DNA from: an uncultured virus (IMG/VR IMGVR_UViG_3300020196_000023)
Lineage: Duplodnaviria; Heunggongvirae; Uroviricota; Caudoviricetes
DNA: 64,000 nt
Virus record (IMG/VR): IMGVR_UViG_3300020196_000023
Strand: one strand, 5' to 3'
Notes under the pieces: generated by a model
Seen by the model: only the letters and a program-made list of their open reading frames with translations
The model's database searches: none
Told to the model about the DNA's origin: nothing
Position numbers and translations under genes: made by a program
Shown here: in pieces, positions 1-8,767 of the stretch
How positions within the stretch are numbered: position 1 is the stretch's first letter
Layout of the letters: each line of letters begins with the position of its first letter

Positions 1-1
1 A

Positions 2-166
2 GAAGTATCAGCACCAGCAGTAACAACTCAAACGTCCCCTACTGTAGCCGCTCCAGTTGCCCCACAAACCGCTGTAGTGGCCCCATCCGTAGATGGAAGC
101 TCCTCTGCCGCATCAGCGACAGGTAACGCTTCTGGTAGCTCTACAGCCACTGTAGAAAAGAAGTAG
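2..166 (+). CDS. 3' end of a Ser/Thr/Ala/Pro-rich hypothetical protein (partial, starts before window)
   Basis: Open frame EVSAPAVTTQTSPTVAAPVAPQ...STATVEKK ending TAG 164-166; not in ORF track. Confidence 0.7.
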   Translation, partial: EVSAPAVTTQTSPTVAAPVAPQTAVVAPSVDGSSSAASATGNASGSSTATVEKK

Positions 167-181
167 TTAGCACAATCCCGC

Positions 182-234
182 AGGTGACGGCATGGGGAGT
201 TCGTTTTTTAATGAACAAATAGATGTCGTCATTT
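182..234 (+). other. Structured intergenic RNA hairpin between convergent genes
   Basis: AGGTGACGGCAT (182-193) pairs with ATGTCGTCATTT (223-234); inner stem GTTCGTT/AATGAAC (199-216); G-U pairs form only on the + strand. Confidence 0.5.
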
Positions 235-757
235 ATGATTTCCATCGACCATCTTTATTAGTAAAATGGTCTTCCATGTGACAAGTGGGACATAAAACTT
301 CTAAATTTTCTATTATATTATTGTTTCTATTTCTGTCTTTATGGTGAACATGCAATACTTCTGGAATTTTAGAATATTTACATCTTTCACATTTTTGTTC
401 TTTAGTTCTAAAAGCGAAAGCTCGATAGTCGGTGTTAACCAATCCATAGTGCGGAGGTTGTATTTCTTTAATACCTCCAATTCTTTGTGAAATATCTTTA
501 TGTTCTCTAGAGCAAAAATAAAATCCACTTTTAGAATTTTTCTTTTTAGATTCGCTTAAATAAAACATTTCCTTACAATAAGCACATTCAACGTTTGGTT
601 TATTTATTAAAGCAAATTTTTCTATTTTTTGTTTTTTTATTGATTCATAAGAACATTTTTTGGTACAATACTTCGCGTTGCCTCTATTTACTTCTGACGG
701 TTTAGCTTGAAAAGATTGTTGGCAATTTAAACAATTTTTAGTTATTGTGGTAATCAT
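233..757 (-). CDS. Free-standing HNH homing endonuclease with N-terminal Zn-finger repeats
   Basis: Likely start MITTITK at 757 with GAGG SD; CLNC..YCTKKC and CAYC..FCSREH fingers; CERC..LHVHHKDRNRNNN..NLEVLCPTCH HNH motif. Confidence 0.85.
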   Translation of the reverse strand: MITTITKNCLNCQQSFQAKPSEVNRGNAKYCTKKCSYESIKKQKIEKFALINKPNVECAYCKEMFYLSESKKKNSKSGFYFCSREHKDISQRIGGIKEIQPPHYGLVNTDYRAFAFRTKEQKCERCKYSKIPEVLHVHHKDRNRNNNIIENLEVLCPTCHMEDHFTNKDGRWKS

Positions 758-769
758 ATATATCCTCAC

Positions 770-847
770 GGGGGATGGGACTGCTTGGGGTGGTCGCCTG
801 CCTTGCACGCAGGTTTTTACAGATGGGTTCGATCCCCATATCCTCCA
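770..847 (+). tRNA. tRNA-Ala(UGC), non-canonical core, CCA not encoded
   Basis: Acceptor GGGGGAT/ATCCTCC with G3:U70 and discriminator A; anticodon arm CCTGC-CTTGCAC-GCAGG; T arm ATGGG-TTCGATC-CCCAT; D stem GACT/GGTC. Confidence 0.9.
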
Positions 848-913
848 CTTATAACTAGTGTATACCCTCGGTTTTGCACCAAAAAAAGCACTCTCCACAA
901 AAGGAAAAAACAA

Positions 914-1279
914 ATGAAAATCACAAAACAATATTTGAAACAAGTTATCAAAGAAGAACTTCAAAAAACCAATGAAGCTATTGGAATAACTCAAGCTTTT
1001 ACCAATAGTTTTGACACAACATATGCCAATCTCCACCGCGCTGCCTTATTAGCAATGCAAGGCAGATTAGGAGAAGCTTCAGGAAATTTATCTACTGTAT
1101 TAAAAGGAGTAGATGATAATATTAGAAAAGAAATTACTGATGCATTAAAAAATATTAAGCCAGTTACTATTAATGGAAAAGTTGCTACTTCTAGCGATTT
1201 AGATAAAAGCTTGCCACATAATGATTGGATTAATAACACATTTATTCCGTGGGCAATGCAAAAAATGGGCAAAAAATAA
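914..1279 (+). CDS. Hypothetical protein with MKITKQYLKQVIKEE leader (putative internal head protein)
   Basis: AAGGA SD at 901, ATG 914; N-terminal motif shared with ORF 60507. Confidence 0.75.
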   Translation: MKITKQYLKQVIKEELQKTNEAIGITQAFTNSFDTTYANLHRAALLAMQGRLGEASGNLSTVLKGVDDNIRKEITDALKNIKPVTINGKVATSSDLDKSLPHNDWINNTFIPWAMQKMGKK

Positions 1280-1287
1280 ATAAATTT

Positions 1288-1479
1288 ATGAAAAAAAATA
1301 ATAACAGCAACACTTTATGGTTAAGAATATTAGTAATAATAAACACACTTGCTGTTGCTAGTTATATTTTTTATGGTGAATGGCAAAAAAAACAACCACG
1401 GATGGTAAAACATGTTTGCCAAACCGTGGCTGCTGATCAAGAAAAAGGTTTGATCGCCCTTACCTGCCTAGAAGATTAA
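1288..1479 (+). CDS. Small single-pass membrane protein
   Basis: MKKNNNSN start; hydrophobic LWLRILVIINTLAVASYIFY; stop overlaps stop of convergent protease. Confidence 0.6.
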   Translation: MKKNNNSNTLWLRILVIINTLAVASYIFYGEWQKKQPRMVKHVCQTVAADQEKGLIALTCLED

Positions 1480-2300
1480 GCGTTTTCTAGTTGCCACAAT
1501 CCCTCTGCAAGTGCCAATAATGTTTTAGCATTCTCTAGGCTAACACATATTGATATATGTTCATAATGAACAGTACGTTTGCTTAATAAGCCTATTACTT
1601 TACCTTTGTAAAAAATACCTGAACCGCTATGACCCGGAGCAGAAGGTAAAGTTATAATCTCTTCTCCACTTTCTTCTTCAATCCCCATATACCTACCATC
1701 AGTTACGATGAAGATGTTTTTTGGATGATAACCAAGAGCAGCACCAGATATTAATACACTAGCTCCAACTGGTGGAGTGCTATCAGCTAATTCTGCTGTT
1801 TCTCCTGCTATACAAGCACTTTTAATAACTGACAAATCTTTTTTTCCATCGCCAGCCATTGGATATGCTGCACATTTTTCACCATCCAATCTTTCAACCA
1901 TCATTTCTATTGTATCTATTTTAAAGAAATAAAAACCACTTTCATCAAATTCTAATGTTACTTTTTCTGGATGTGTTACATGGGCAACACTTAATATCAA
2001 ACTTTGTTTTTTGTTGTAGTTATTTCTGACAACCACACCAGAACCTGTCCAGCTTTTGCTTTCACTTTTTTCTTTTGTTTCTGGTGGAACTGAAGCATTA
2101 ACACCCAATAAACTAGCTAAATTGATTCTATGACCAGAGATTTTAGTATATATTTTAACTGTGCTGCTCATTGCTTCACGGGCATCATAACCTTCTTCTT
2201 TAAAAATTCCGCAACGTTTAAAGCAACCACTCATCATTACTAACATCATTGTTGCTGCTATTAATTTGTGTTTAATCCATGTATTATTTCCTTTCATCAC
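1476..2300 (-). CDS. Trypsin-like (S1) serine protease, probable lipoprotein
   Basis: GSGVVV, SVAHV (His), KDLSV (Asp), PGHSGSG (Ser); hydrophobic leader ending MMSGC; GGAG SD. Confidence 0.85.
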   Translation of the reverse strand: MMKGNNTWIKHKLIAATMMLVMMSGCFKRCGIFKEEGYDAREAMSSTVKIYTKISGHRINLASLLGVNASVPPETKEKSESKSWTGSGVVVRNNYNKKQSLILSVAHVTHPEKVTLEFDESGFYFFKIDTIEMMVERLDGEKCAAYPMAGDGKKDLSVIKSACIAGETAELADSTPPVGASVLISGAALGYHPKNIFIVTDGRYMGIEEESGEEIITLPSAPGHSGSGIFYKGKVIGLLSKRTVHYEHISICVSLENAKTLLALAEGLWQLENA

Positions 2301-2454
2301 GCACTCTCCTCCCTATAAAAGTAGGGCTGACCTATTATTAACTAGTGATAAAAAAATTATTCGGCATTTTGCTACTTTTTAACTATTTATTAGTTTTACC
2401 TAAAAACGTTTACAGCACTATTTATTTATGTAATACTAGTTTTGGGAGAATTAT

Positions 2455-2673
2455 ATGAATAATAACTTTATAGGCACACTTAAAGTTTTAGAGGTAAAGG
2501 ATAACCCGGATGGCAGTGCTACTATTGAATTTGATATAAGTGATGAATTTAAAGATAATTTAATTAAACATATGGGATGGGAAGAGTGGTCTGACGAATT
2601 ATTCCAAAAATTTGTGTTAGAGGCTCTAGAAAAAGCCGTTAAGAACAGACCTGTTGACAGAATAGAAGACTAG
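2455..2673 (+). CDS. Hypothetical protein
   Basis: GGGAG SD; 72-aa ORF downstream of two ACTATTTAT motifs. Confidence 0.7.
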   Translation: MNNNFIGTLKVLEVKDNPDGSATIEFDISDEFKDNLIKHMGWEEWSDELFQKFVLEALEKAVKNRPVDRIED

Positions 2674-2682
2674 AAGTACTAT
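2654..2682 (+). promoter_or_regulatory. Sigma70-type promoter of SPOUT methylase gene
   Basis: TTGACA-17 nt-TACTAT, 9 nt before ATG 2692. Confidence 0.7.
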
Positions 2683-2691
2683 CTTCTTACT

Positions 2692-3261
2692 ATGCAAACA
2701 AACACCACCAACAACTCTAATGATACTAGGAACATTGCTGATCGCTATAAGTTTGATCGTCTGGTTAAATGGACCACGGAAATGATTAAAACCGATCTCC
2801 AGCAAAAGGCTTTTCCTTTTGCTGTGATGATGGAAAATCTTGTTGGAGATTTTAATCTTTCTTCTGTTCTTCGTTCCTGTAACGCAATGAATGGTCGTGA
2901 AATGTTCTATCTTGGTCGTAAGCAATATGATCGCCGTGGAACAGTTGGCACACATCATTATACAGATATTATTAATCTAAAGGATCGTGAAGAGCTAATA
3001 AAACTTAAGGATCGTTATACTTTTGTCGCTTTGGAAAATAGCGTTCCACAAGCAGAAAGTATGTATAATTTTGTATGGCCTGATAATCCGCTAATTATTA
3101 TTGGAGAAGAGGGTATTGGGATTACTCAAGAAACTTTATCCCTGTGTGATAGGTTTGTTTATATTCCACAATATGGCAGCGTCAGAAGTATGAATGCAGC
3201 AGTTGCTGGTTCAATTGCAATGAATGATTTCTTAATGAAATATCATAAAAACAATGCATAA
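2692..3261 (+). CDS. SpoU/TrmH-family (SPOUT) RNA 2'-O-methyltransferase
   Basis: Motifs EN..DFNLSSVLRS, IIGEEGIG, IPQYGSVRSMNAAVA. Confidence 0.88.
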   Translation: MQTNTTNNSNDTRNIADRYKFDRLVKWTTEMIKTDLQQKAFPFAVMMENLVGDFNLSSVLRSCNAMNGREMFYLGRKQYDRRGTVGTHHYTDIINLKDREELIKLKDRYTFVALENSVPQAESMYNFVWPDNPLIIIGEEGIGITQETLSLCDRFVYIPQYGSVRSMNAAVAGSIAMNDFLMKYHKNNA

Positions 3262-3279
3262 AATACTATTTATACTGTT

Positions 3280-4701
3280 ATGATTAGAATAAAAATATTA
3301 AATGAATCAAAACAGTTATTAAATGAAGTTTCTTTTGAAGATGCTAAGAAAACTCTTGATGGTAGTAAATTTGTTAAGAGATTAAAAGCACTATCCAATA
3401 TAATTGGACCATTGACAGGTTTAGAAATTTTTAAAAACAATCCTGAACATGAAAATTTTATACTTTATATAAAAAGAGACATTGAAGATACTATTCCATA
3501 TGACATTCCAGATAACAGTAAAGGATTGGCATTATTGTGGTTAAAACAAAAATTAATAGAAGATCCAAAAGGATATTTTAAACATCAACAAGCCGATACT
3601 AGAAACGCAATTGAAAGATTTTTTCAATATAACGGCTCTCAGCAAATGCCTAACTTTATTAATCCTGTAGAAAAAAAGGATCTTAATAAAGTAGAATCTC
3701 TTGATGAATTGCAAAAGTTAGTAAAAGAGGCGACTCCATTATATAATAAATATCAAGAAGAAAGACAGAATAAAGATGTCGAATCAGGAACAGAAAAAAT
3801 ATACGATGGTCCTGAATGGACTATATTAGCAGCACACAATAAGGGTGCAGCGTGTGAATTAGGTAAAGGCACAAGCTGGTGTACCGCTGCGCCCGGTCTT
3901 CATTATTTTAATGAATATTATCAAGAAGGTAGTCCATTATTTATCTTTATTAGTAAAGAAAACCCTATTGAGAAATATCAATTCAGTTACTCTTCTCAAC
4001 AGTTTATGGACAAAGAAGATCGTTCTATATATAAAGAAGATATATTTTATAAATTAAATAAGCTTTTGATTAGTACCCCCGGAATTAAAGAAAAATATCC
4101 TATTTTAAAAGACTTTATATATCATAAAGTGGGCGATAGGATGGTGCAGATTAAAAAAACCAATGATGTTACATATTACATGGTAAACAAAAGAACTATA
4201 ATGACTAAAGATAGTGAAGGACTTATTAATCATTTTGACTATGACAATCAACTTCATAGAGAAAACGGTCCAGCTGTTTATAATAAATATGAATATCAAA
4301 AAGATCCTGAAAACGCACCCCAAACTTGGGCAAAGCATGGGAGTACCTTTAGAATCGATGGTCCAGCAGAAATAGATAAAGAAGGTTATAAATATTGGTT
4401 AATATATGGTAAATATATAAATATAGATCCAAAATATAAATACGGTGGTCCATCAATAATTACGCCAGACGGTAAACAAATATGGCGTATCGGAGTTGAG
4501 CGGTTTACTAACGAACAAGATTTCATTAAGTATATTGAAGATTTTATAAAAAATGAAGACAAGTTAGATGAATATGAAACTTATCCAATAAAAAATTATT
4601 TACAGAAACTTAATGATTATAGGCAAGAATATTTAAAATCTAATTCTAAAAAATTAAAAGAAAATAAGAAATTTGTTATAAGAATTCTAAGGAATACATA
4701 A
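3280..4701 (+). CDS. Hypothetical phage protein with PcfJ-like TxWC motif and HRxxGPA repeats
   Basis: AACELGKGTSWCTAA; LHRENGPA, FRIDGPA, YGGPS repeats; ACTATTTAT 6 nt before ATG. Confidence 0.7.
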   Translation: MIRIKILNESKQLLNEVSFEDAKKTLDGSKFVKRLKALSNIIGPLTGLEIFKNNPEHENFILYIKRDIEDTIPYDIPDNSKGLALLWLKQKLIEDPKGYFKHQQADTRNAIERFFQYNGSQQMPNFINPVEKKDLNKVESLDELQKLVKEATPLYNKYQEERQNKDVESGTEKIYDGPEWTILAAHNKGAACELGKGTSWCTAAPGLHYFNEYYQEGSPLFIFISKENPIEKYQFSYSSQQFMDKEDRSIYKEDIFYKLNKLLISTPGIKEKYPILKDFIYHKVGDRMVQIKKTNDVTYYMVNKRTIMTKDSEGLINHFDYDNQLHRENGPAVYNKYEYQKDPENAPQTWAKHGSTFRIDGPAEIDKEGYKYWLIYGKYINIDPKYKYGGPSIITPDGKQIWRIGVERFTNEQDFIKYIEDFIKNEDKLDEYETYPIKNYLQKLNDYRQEYLKSNSKKLKENKKFVIRILRNT

Positions 4702-6014
4702 TGTCAAAAAAAACCTATATTCTAGATACGAATGTGTTGTTGAGCGATGCAGAAGCGATTAACTCGTATAAGAATAATGACGTTGGGATACCCTTAAAGG
4801 TATTAGAAGAAGTAGATAAGCATAAGAAGCGTCAAGATGGTGTTGGCGCTAACGCTAGACAGTTTATACGTCTATTAGACGCGCTTCGTGAAAAGGGCGA
4901 CATAGTTGAGGGTATTAAACTTGGAAAGGGTAGAGGCTCCATTAGGACGCTTAAATGCGATTTAAGCCTGTTGCCAGATGCTTATGATAGGCAACATCCC
5001 GATAATCAAATACTTGCTTGTGCATTAACAGAGATTAAAGAAGTTGGTGACAACAAAAATATCATTCTTGTCTCTCAAGATATTAACATGAGAGTTAAGT
5101 GCGACTCTGTTGGTGTTAAAACAGATGATTATATTCCTAATCAAATAGTAGAAAGGGCAGAAGAAGTATTTACTGGCTTCACACAATATCTTGTAGATGA
5201 TGCTCTTATAGATCGTTTCTATGCTGGTGAAAAGATTATGCTAGAGCAAAAGGATATTAAGTTATATCCTAACCAGTTTGTTATGTTAGTATCAAACGCT
5301 AATGACAAAAAAACAGCTTTAGCAAGATTTAAAGCATACAATCATCCACTAAGCAAGACAAAAGAATATAAAAATGGCGTTTGGGGTATACATGCCAAGA
5401 ATAAAGAGCAGCAATTTGCCCTTGAATTATTAATGGACCCAGATGTAAAGATTGTTTCTATCATTGGTCGTGCTGGTGGAGGTAAAACTCTTAATGCTTT
5501 GGCAGCTGGTCTTCAACAAATTCTTGATGATAAAGTATATAAGAAACTAATTGTTTCCCGACCAGTACAGCCAATGGGTAAAGATATCGGCTATCTTCCC
5601 GGTACTCTAGAAGAAAAGATGTCCCCTTGGTTAGCACCTGTACAAGATAATTTAGAGTTCCTTATGGGTGACGATAAAGCACATTTACAGATGCTAATGG
5701 AAGCTGGTACTATTGAAATGGAAGCCCTCACATACATTCGTGGTCGTTCCATCGCTAATGCATTTATTATTATTGATGAATCACAAAACTTAACATCCCA
5801 TGAATTAAAGACTATTATTACTCGCGTTGGCGAAGGAACAAAGATTATATTAACAGGAGATATCGAACAGATAGACAATGCTTATGTAGATGCAACAACT
5901 AACGGTCTTACATACGCTGTTGAAAAATTAAAAGACTATGAAATTTCTGGTCATATTACCTTGAAAAAAGGTGAAAGATCTGCTGTCGCAAGCCTCGCCG
6001 CATCAGTATTATAG
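4701..6014 (+). CDS. phoH: PIN-domain PhoH-family ATPase
   Basis: N-terminal YILDTNVLL PIN motif; GRAGGGKT Walker A; DIGYLPG, YIRGRS, IIDESQN, TGDIEQID. Confidence 0.93.
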   Translation: MSKKTYILDTNVLLSDAEAINSYKNNDVGIPLKVLEEVDKHKKRQDGVGANARQFIRLLDALREKGDIVEGIKLGKGRGSIRTLKCDLSLLPDAYDRQHPDNQILACALTEIKEVGDNKNIILVSQDINMRVKCDSVGVKTDDYIPNQIVERAEEVFTGFTQYLVDDALIDRFYAGEKIMLEQKDIKLYPNQFVMLVSNANDKKTALARFKAYNHPLSKTKEYKNGVWGIHAKNKEQQFALELLMDPDVKIVSIIGRAGGGKTLNALAAGLQQILDDKVYKKLIVSRPVQPMGKDIGYLPGTLEEKMSPWLAPVQDNLEFLMGDDKAHLQMLMEAGTIEMEALTYIRGRSIANAFIIIDESQNLTSHELKTIITRVGEGTKIILTGDIEQIDNAYVDATTNGLTYAVEKLKDYEISGHITLKKGERSAVASLAASVL

Positions 6015-6024
6015 AAAGAAAAAT

Positions 6025-6282
6025 ATGGAAATCATTAATCAAGATATTTTAAAACCAGTAGAAAAAATTAATCCCATGAAAGAATGGCTTGTAGATTATG
6101 TCGGCAACAAACTACAACCAGCTAATAACGAAGTTACAGTAGCAATGCTAGTAGAAGCAATGGCAGAAGAATTCCCAGAATTTGTTATGGCAGTTGCAGA
6201 AGAAAACTTTATTCGTGGTTATCAACAAGCATTCAAAGATTTAGAAGCAAATGGTGAAATAACTCCAACAAAAAATGAGTAG
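6025..6282 (+). CDS. Hypothetical protein
   Basis: ATG 6025 just after phoH stop; coupled to next gene. Confidence 0.7.
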   Translation: MEIINQDILKPVEKINPMKEWLVDYVGNKLQPANNEVTVAMLVEAMAEEFPEFVMAVAEENFIRGYQQAFKDLEANGEITPTKNE

Positions 6283-6955
6283 TGTAAATTATATAAAAAA
6301 ATCTTCTGCTAAGAATGCTGCTCAAGTAAGAGAATATAGCTTATTTGGCAGCATTCTTGTTATTGTTGCTAACCCACTTCCTGAAGAAATTAATTTAAAA
6401 AGTGTTTTAAAACGTATAGAAAAAAATATACCAAAACATTTATTTATTAATTTAGATATCATTTATTTTGGTGATTTTAAAGAATTAAAAGCTCGACAAG
6501 TTTCTTCTGCTTATATGGACGGAGGAATATATTTAACCAATCAACAAGTATCTGATGAAGAAATATATAATTCAATTGTACATGAGTTGGCACATAGTAT
6601 AGAAAAAAACTTTGAAAATGATTTATACGGAGATGATAAAGTATTAGAAGAGTTTTTAAATAAACGTAAAAAATTAAAAAGCATTTTAGAATCTAATGGT
6701 CTTTATTGTGCTGATTCTCTATATTTAAGACCAGAATTTACAAGAGATTTTGATGATTTTCTGTTTAAAAAAGTTGGCTACGATAAATTAACATTATTAA
6801 TTTCAAATCTGTTTATTTCTCCCTATTCGCCAACATCATTAAGAGAATATTTTGCTTCTGGATTTGAGTATTATTATTGCGGAGACAATCCAGAATATAT
6901 ATCTCAAATATCTCCAAAGCTTTATAAAAAAATTATTTACTTGACAAAGAAGTAA
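6275..6955 (+). CDS. Zincin-like metallopeptidase domain protein
   Basis: IVHELAHS (HExxH) and downstream REYFA. Confidence 0.65.
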   Translation: MSSVNYIKKSSAKNAAQVREYSLFGSILVIVANPLPEEINLKSVLKRIEKNIPKHLFINLDIIYFGDFKELKARQVSSAYMDGGIYLTNQQVSDEEIYNSIVHELAHSIEKNFENDLYGDDKVLEEFLNKRKKLKSILESNGLYCADSLYLRPEFTRDFDDFLFKKVGYDKLTLLISNLFISPYSPTSLREYFASGFEYYYCGDNPEYISQISPKLYKKIIYLTKK

Positions 6956-6969
6956 ATTAGACTTATAAT
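6941..6969 (+). promoter_or_regulatory. Consensus sigma70 promoter heading nuclease/glycan operon
   Basis: TTGACA (6941-46)-17 nt-TATAAT (6964-69). Confidence 0.85.
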
Positions 6970-6992
6970 ACTCGCTAGAAAGTGAGTACTAC

Positions 6993-7766
6993 ATGTCTAA
7001 TCATATATCTTTTTCTGCTTTAAAGCTTTGGAATGACTGCCCTTTTAAATATAAATTAACATACATTGATAATGTTCAAAAGTTTCGTGGTAGCGAATAT
7101 ACAATCTTTGGTACTTCGCTGCATGAAGCTTGTGAAAAAAAGCTTCTAGACAATAATATTAATGAAGTAGAATATTTTTTAAATAAGTTTGATGAAGAGC
7201 TAAAAAATATTCCTTCTGATGTTCAACTAGATCCCAATCTTTTAACTGAAATGAAAGAGCAAGGTAAGACACTTGCATCTATGGCATTGCCTGCCCTTAA
7301 AGAAAAGTTTGGTAATTTTAAAGTCTTAGCAGCAGAAGAGGACATCTTTGAAACCATTAAAAAAATTCCTGAATTGAATTATAATTTTAAAGGTTATATT
7401 GATTTAATTATTCAAACAGAAGATAATAAGATACATATCTTAGATTGGAAAACATGTGCTTGGGGTTGGGATGCTAAAAAGAAAAGTGATCCAATGATTA
7501 CTTACCAGTTAACTTTTTATAAATATTTCTATTCTCAAAAGCATAATATAGATCCAAAAAATATTGAAACATATTTTGCGCTTCTTAAGAGAACTGCTAA
7601 GAAAGACAATGTAGAAATTTTCCGCGTAACAAGCGGAGACAAAAAAACAGAAAATGCATTTAACTTATTAACAAAAGCACTTTATAGTATTAATAAAGGT
7701 TTTTTTCCAAAGAACCGTCTTGCTTGCAAATATTGCGAGTATAATAAAACAAAGGATTGTCCCTAG
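6993..7766 (+). CDS. PD-(D/E)XK exonuclease, Cas4/AddB-like
   Basis: SFS..CP, GTSLH, E..KGYIDL..ILDWKT, QLTFY, C-terminal CKYC..C (four-Cys arrangement). Confidence 0.85.
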   Translation: MSNHISFSALKLWNDCPFKYKLTYIDNVQKFRGSEYTIFGTSLHEACEKKLLDNNINEVEYFLNKFDEELKNIPSDVQLDPNLLTEMKEQGKTLASMALPALKEKFGNFKVLAAEEDIFETIKKIPELNYNFKGYIDLIIQTEDNKIHILDWKTCAWGWDAKKKSDPMITYQLTFYKYFYSQKHNIDPKNIETYFALLKRTAKKDNVEIFRVTSGDKKTENAFNLLTKALYSINKGFFPKNRLACKYCEYNKTKDCP

Positions 7767-8767
7767 TGAAAACAGCAATTATTACAGGTATTACTGGGCA
7801 AGATGGTAGCTATCTTGCAGAACTGCTTTTAGAAAAAAATTATAAAGTAGTTGGCCTTGTTCGTAGAAGTGCGATGGAAGACAAAAAGCTTTATAATATC
7901 CAACATCTTTTAAATAACTCTAATTTAATTATAGAAAATGGTGATTTAACCGATTCTCCATCTTTGTGGAGAGTTATAGGCAGTCATCAGCCCGATGAGT
8001 TTTATAATTTAGCAGCACAAAGTCATGTTGGCGCCTCCTTTACATCCCCAGAAAGTACTTTTCAAATAAATGCAACTGGCGTATTAAATTGTTTAGAAGC
8101 GATAAGGGTACTTAAACGAAATACAAAGTTTTATCAAGCTTCTACTAGCGAAATGTTTGGCGATAATTCTAGCGCTCCTCAAGGAGAAGAAACACCCCTT
8201 TCTCCAGTTTCTCCATACGCTTGTGCAAAAGTAGCGGCACATCATTTAATAATAAATTATCGTAAAGCATATAATATATTTGCTTGCTCTGGTGTTCTTT
8301 TCAATCATGAAAGCCCAAGGCGTGGCGAACAGTTTGTTACGAGAAAGATCACAAAAGCAGCTGCCAGAATCAAGCTTGGTTTACAAAAAGAATTACGTCT
8401 TGGTAATCTTGAAGCAAAACGAGATTGGGGATATGCAAAAGAATATGTAGAAGGTATGTGGATGATGATGCAGCATCATGCGCCCGACGATTACGTTCTA
8501 GGCACAGGAAAAACATACACTATTAAACAATTCATTGATTGCATAAGTGAAATAGCTGGTTATAATTTAATGCAATATGTTGTTATTGATGATAAATATA
8601 AACGTCCTAGCGAGGTTCCGTTATTATTAGCTGATCCAACAAAAGCTAAAAAAGTCTTAGGCTGGGAGCCTAAAACCAATTTAAAACAATTAGCAGAATT
8701 AATGTATAATTGTGATTTAGAAAAGGAAAAAATCTTAAAGGAGATTTTAGATGAACAAAAAAATTAA
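7766..8767 (+). CDS. gmd: GDP-mannose 4,6-dehydratase
   Basis: GITGQDGSYL, NLAAQSHV, FYQASTSE, SPYACAK, FNHESPRRG, RDWG; GTG start overlaps upstream TAG. Confidence 0.95.
   Translation: MKTAIITGITGQDGSYLAELLLEKNYKVVGLVRRSAMEDKKLYNIQHLLNNSNLIIENGDLTDSPSLWRVIGSHQPDEFYNLAAQSHVGASFTSPESTFQINATGVLNCLEAIRVLKRNTKFYQASTSEMFGDNSSAPQGEETPLSPVSPYACAKVAAHHLIINYRKAYNIFACSGVLFNHESPRRGEQFVTRKITKAAARIKLGLQKELRLGNLEAKRDWGYAKEYVEGMWMMMQHHAPDDYVLGTGKTYTIKQFIDCISEIAGYNLMQYVVIDDKYKRPSEVPLLLADPTKAKKVLGWEPKTNLKQLAELMYNCDLEKEKILKEILDEQKN

Noticed and set aside
758..1036. N-terminal extensions of ORFs 233..1036(-) and 785..1279(+)
   Set aside because: They run across the tRNA; SD-supported starts are at 757 and 914
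6993..7766. CRISPR-Cas system suggested by the Cas4-like gene
   Set aside because: No repeat-spacer array or other cas genes seen; solo Cas4-like nucleases are common in phages
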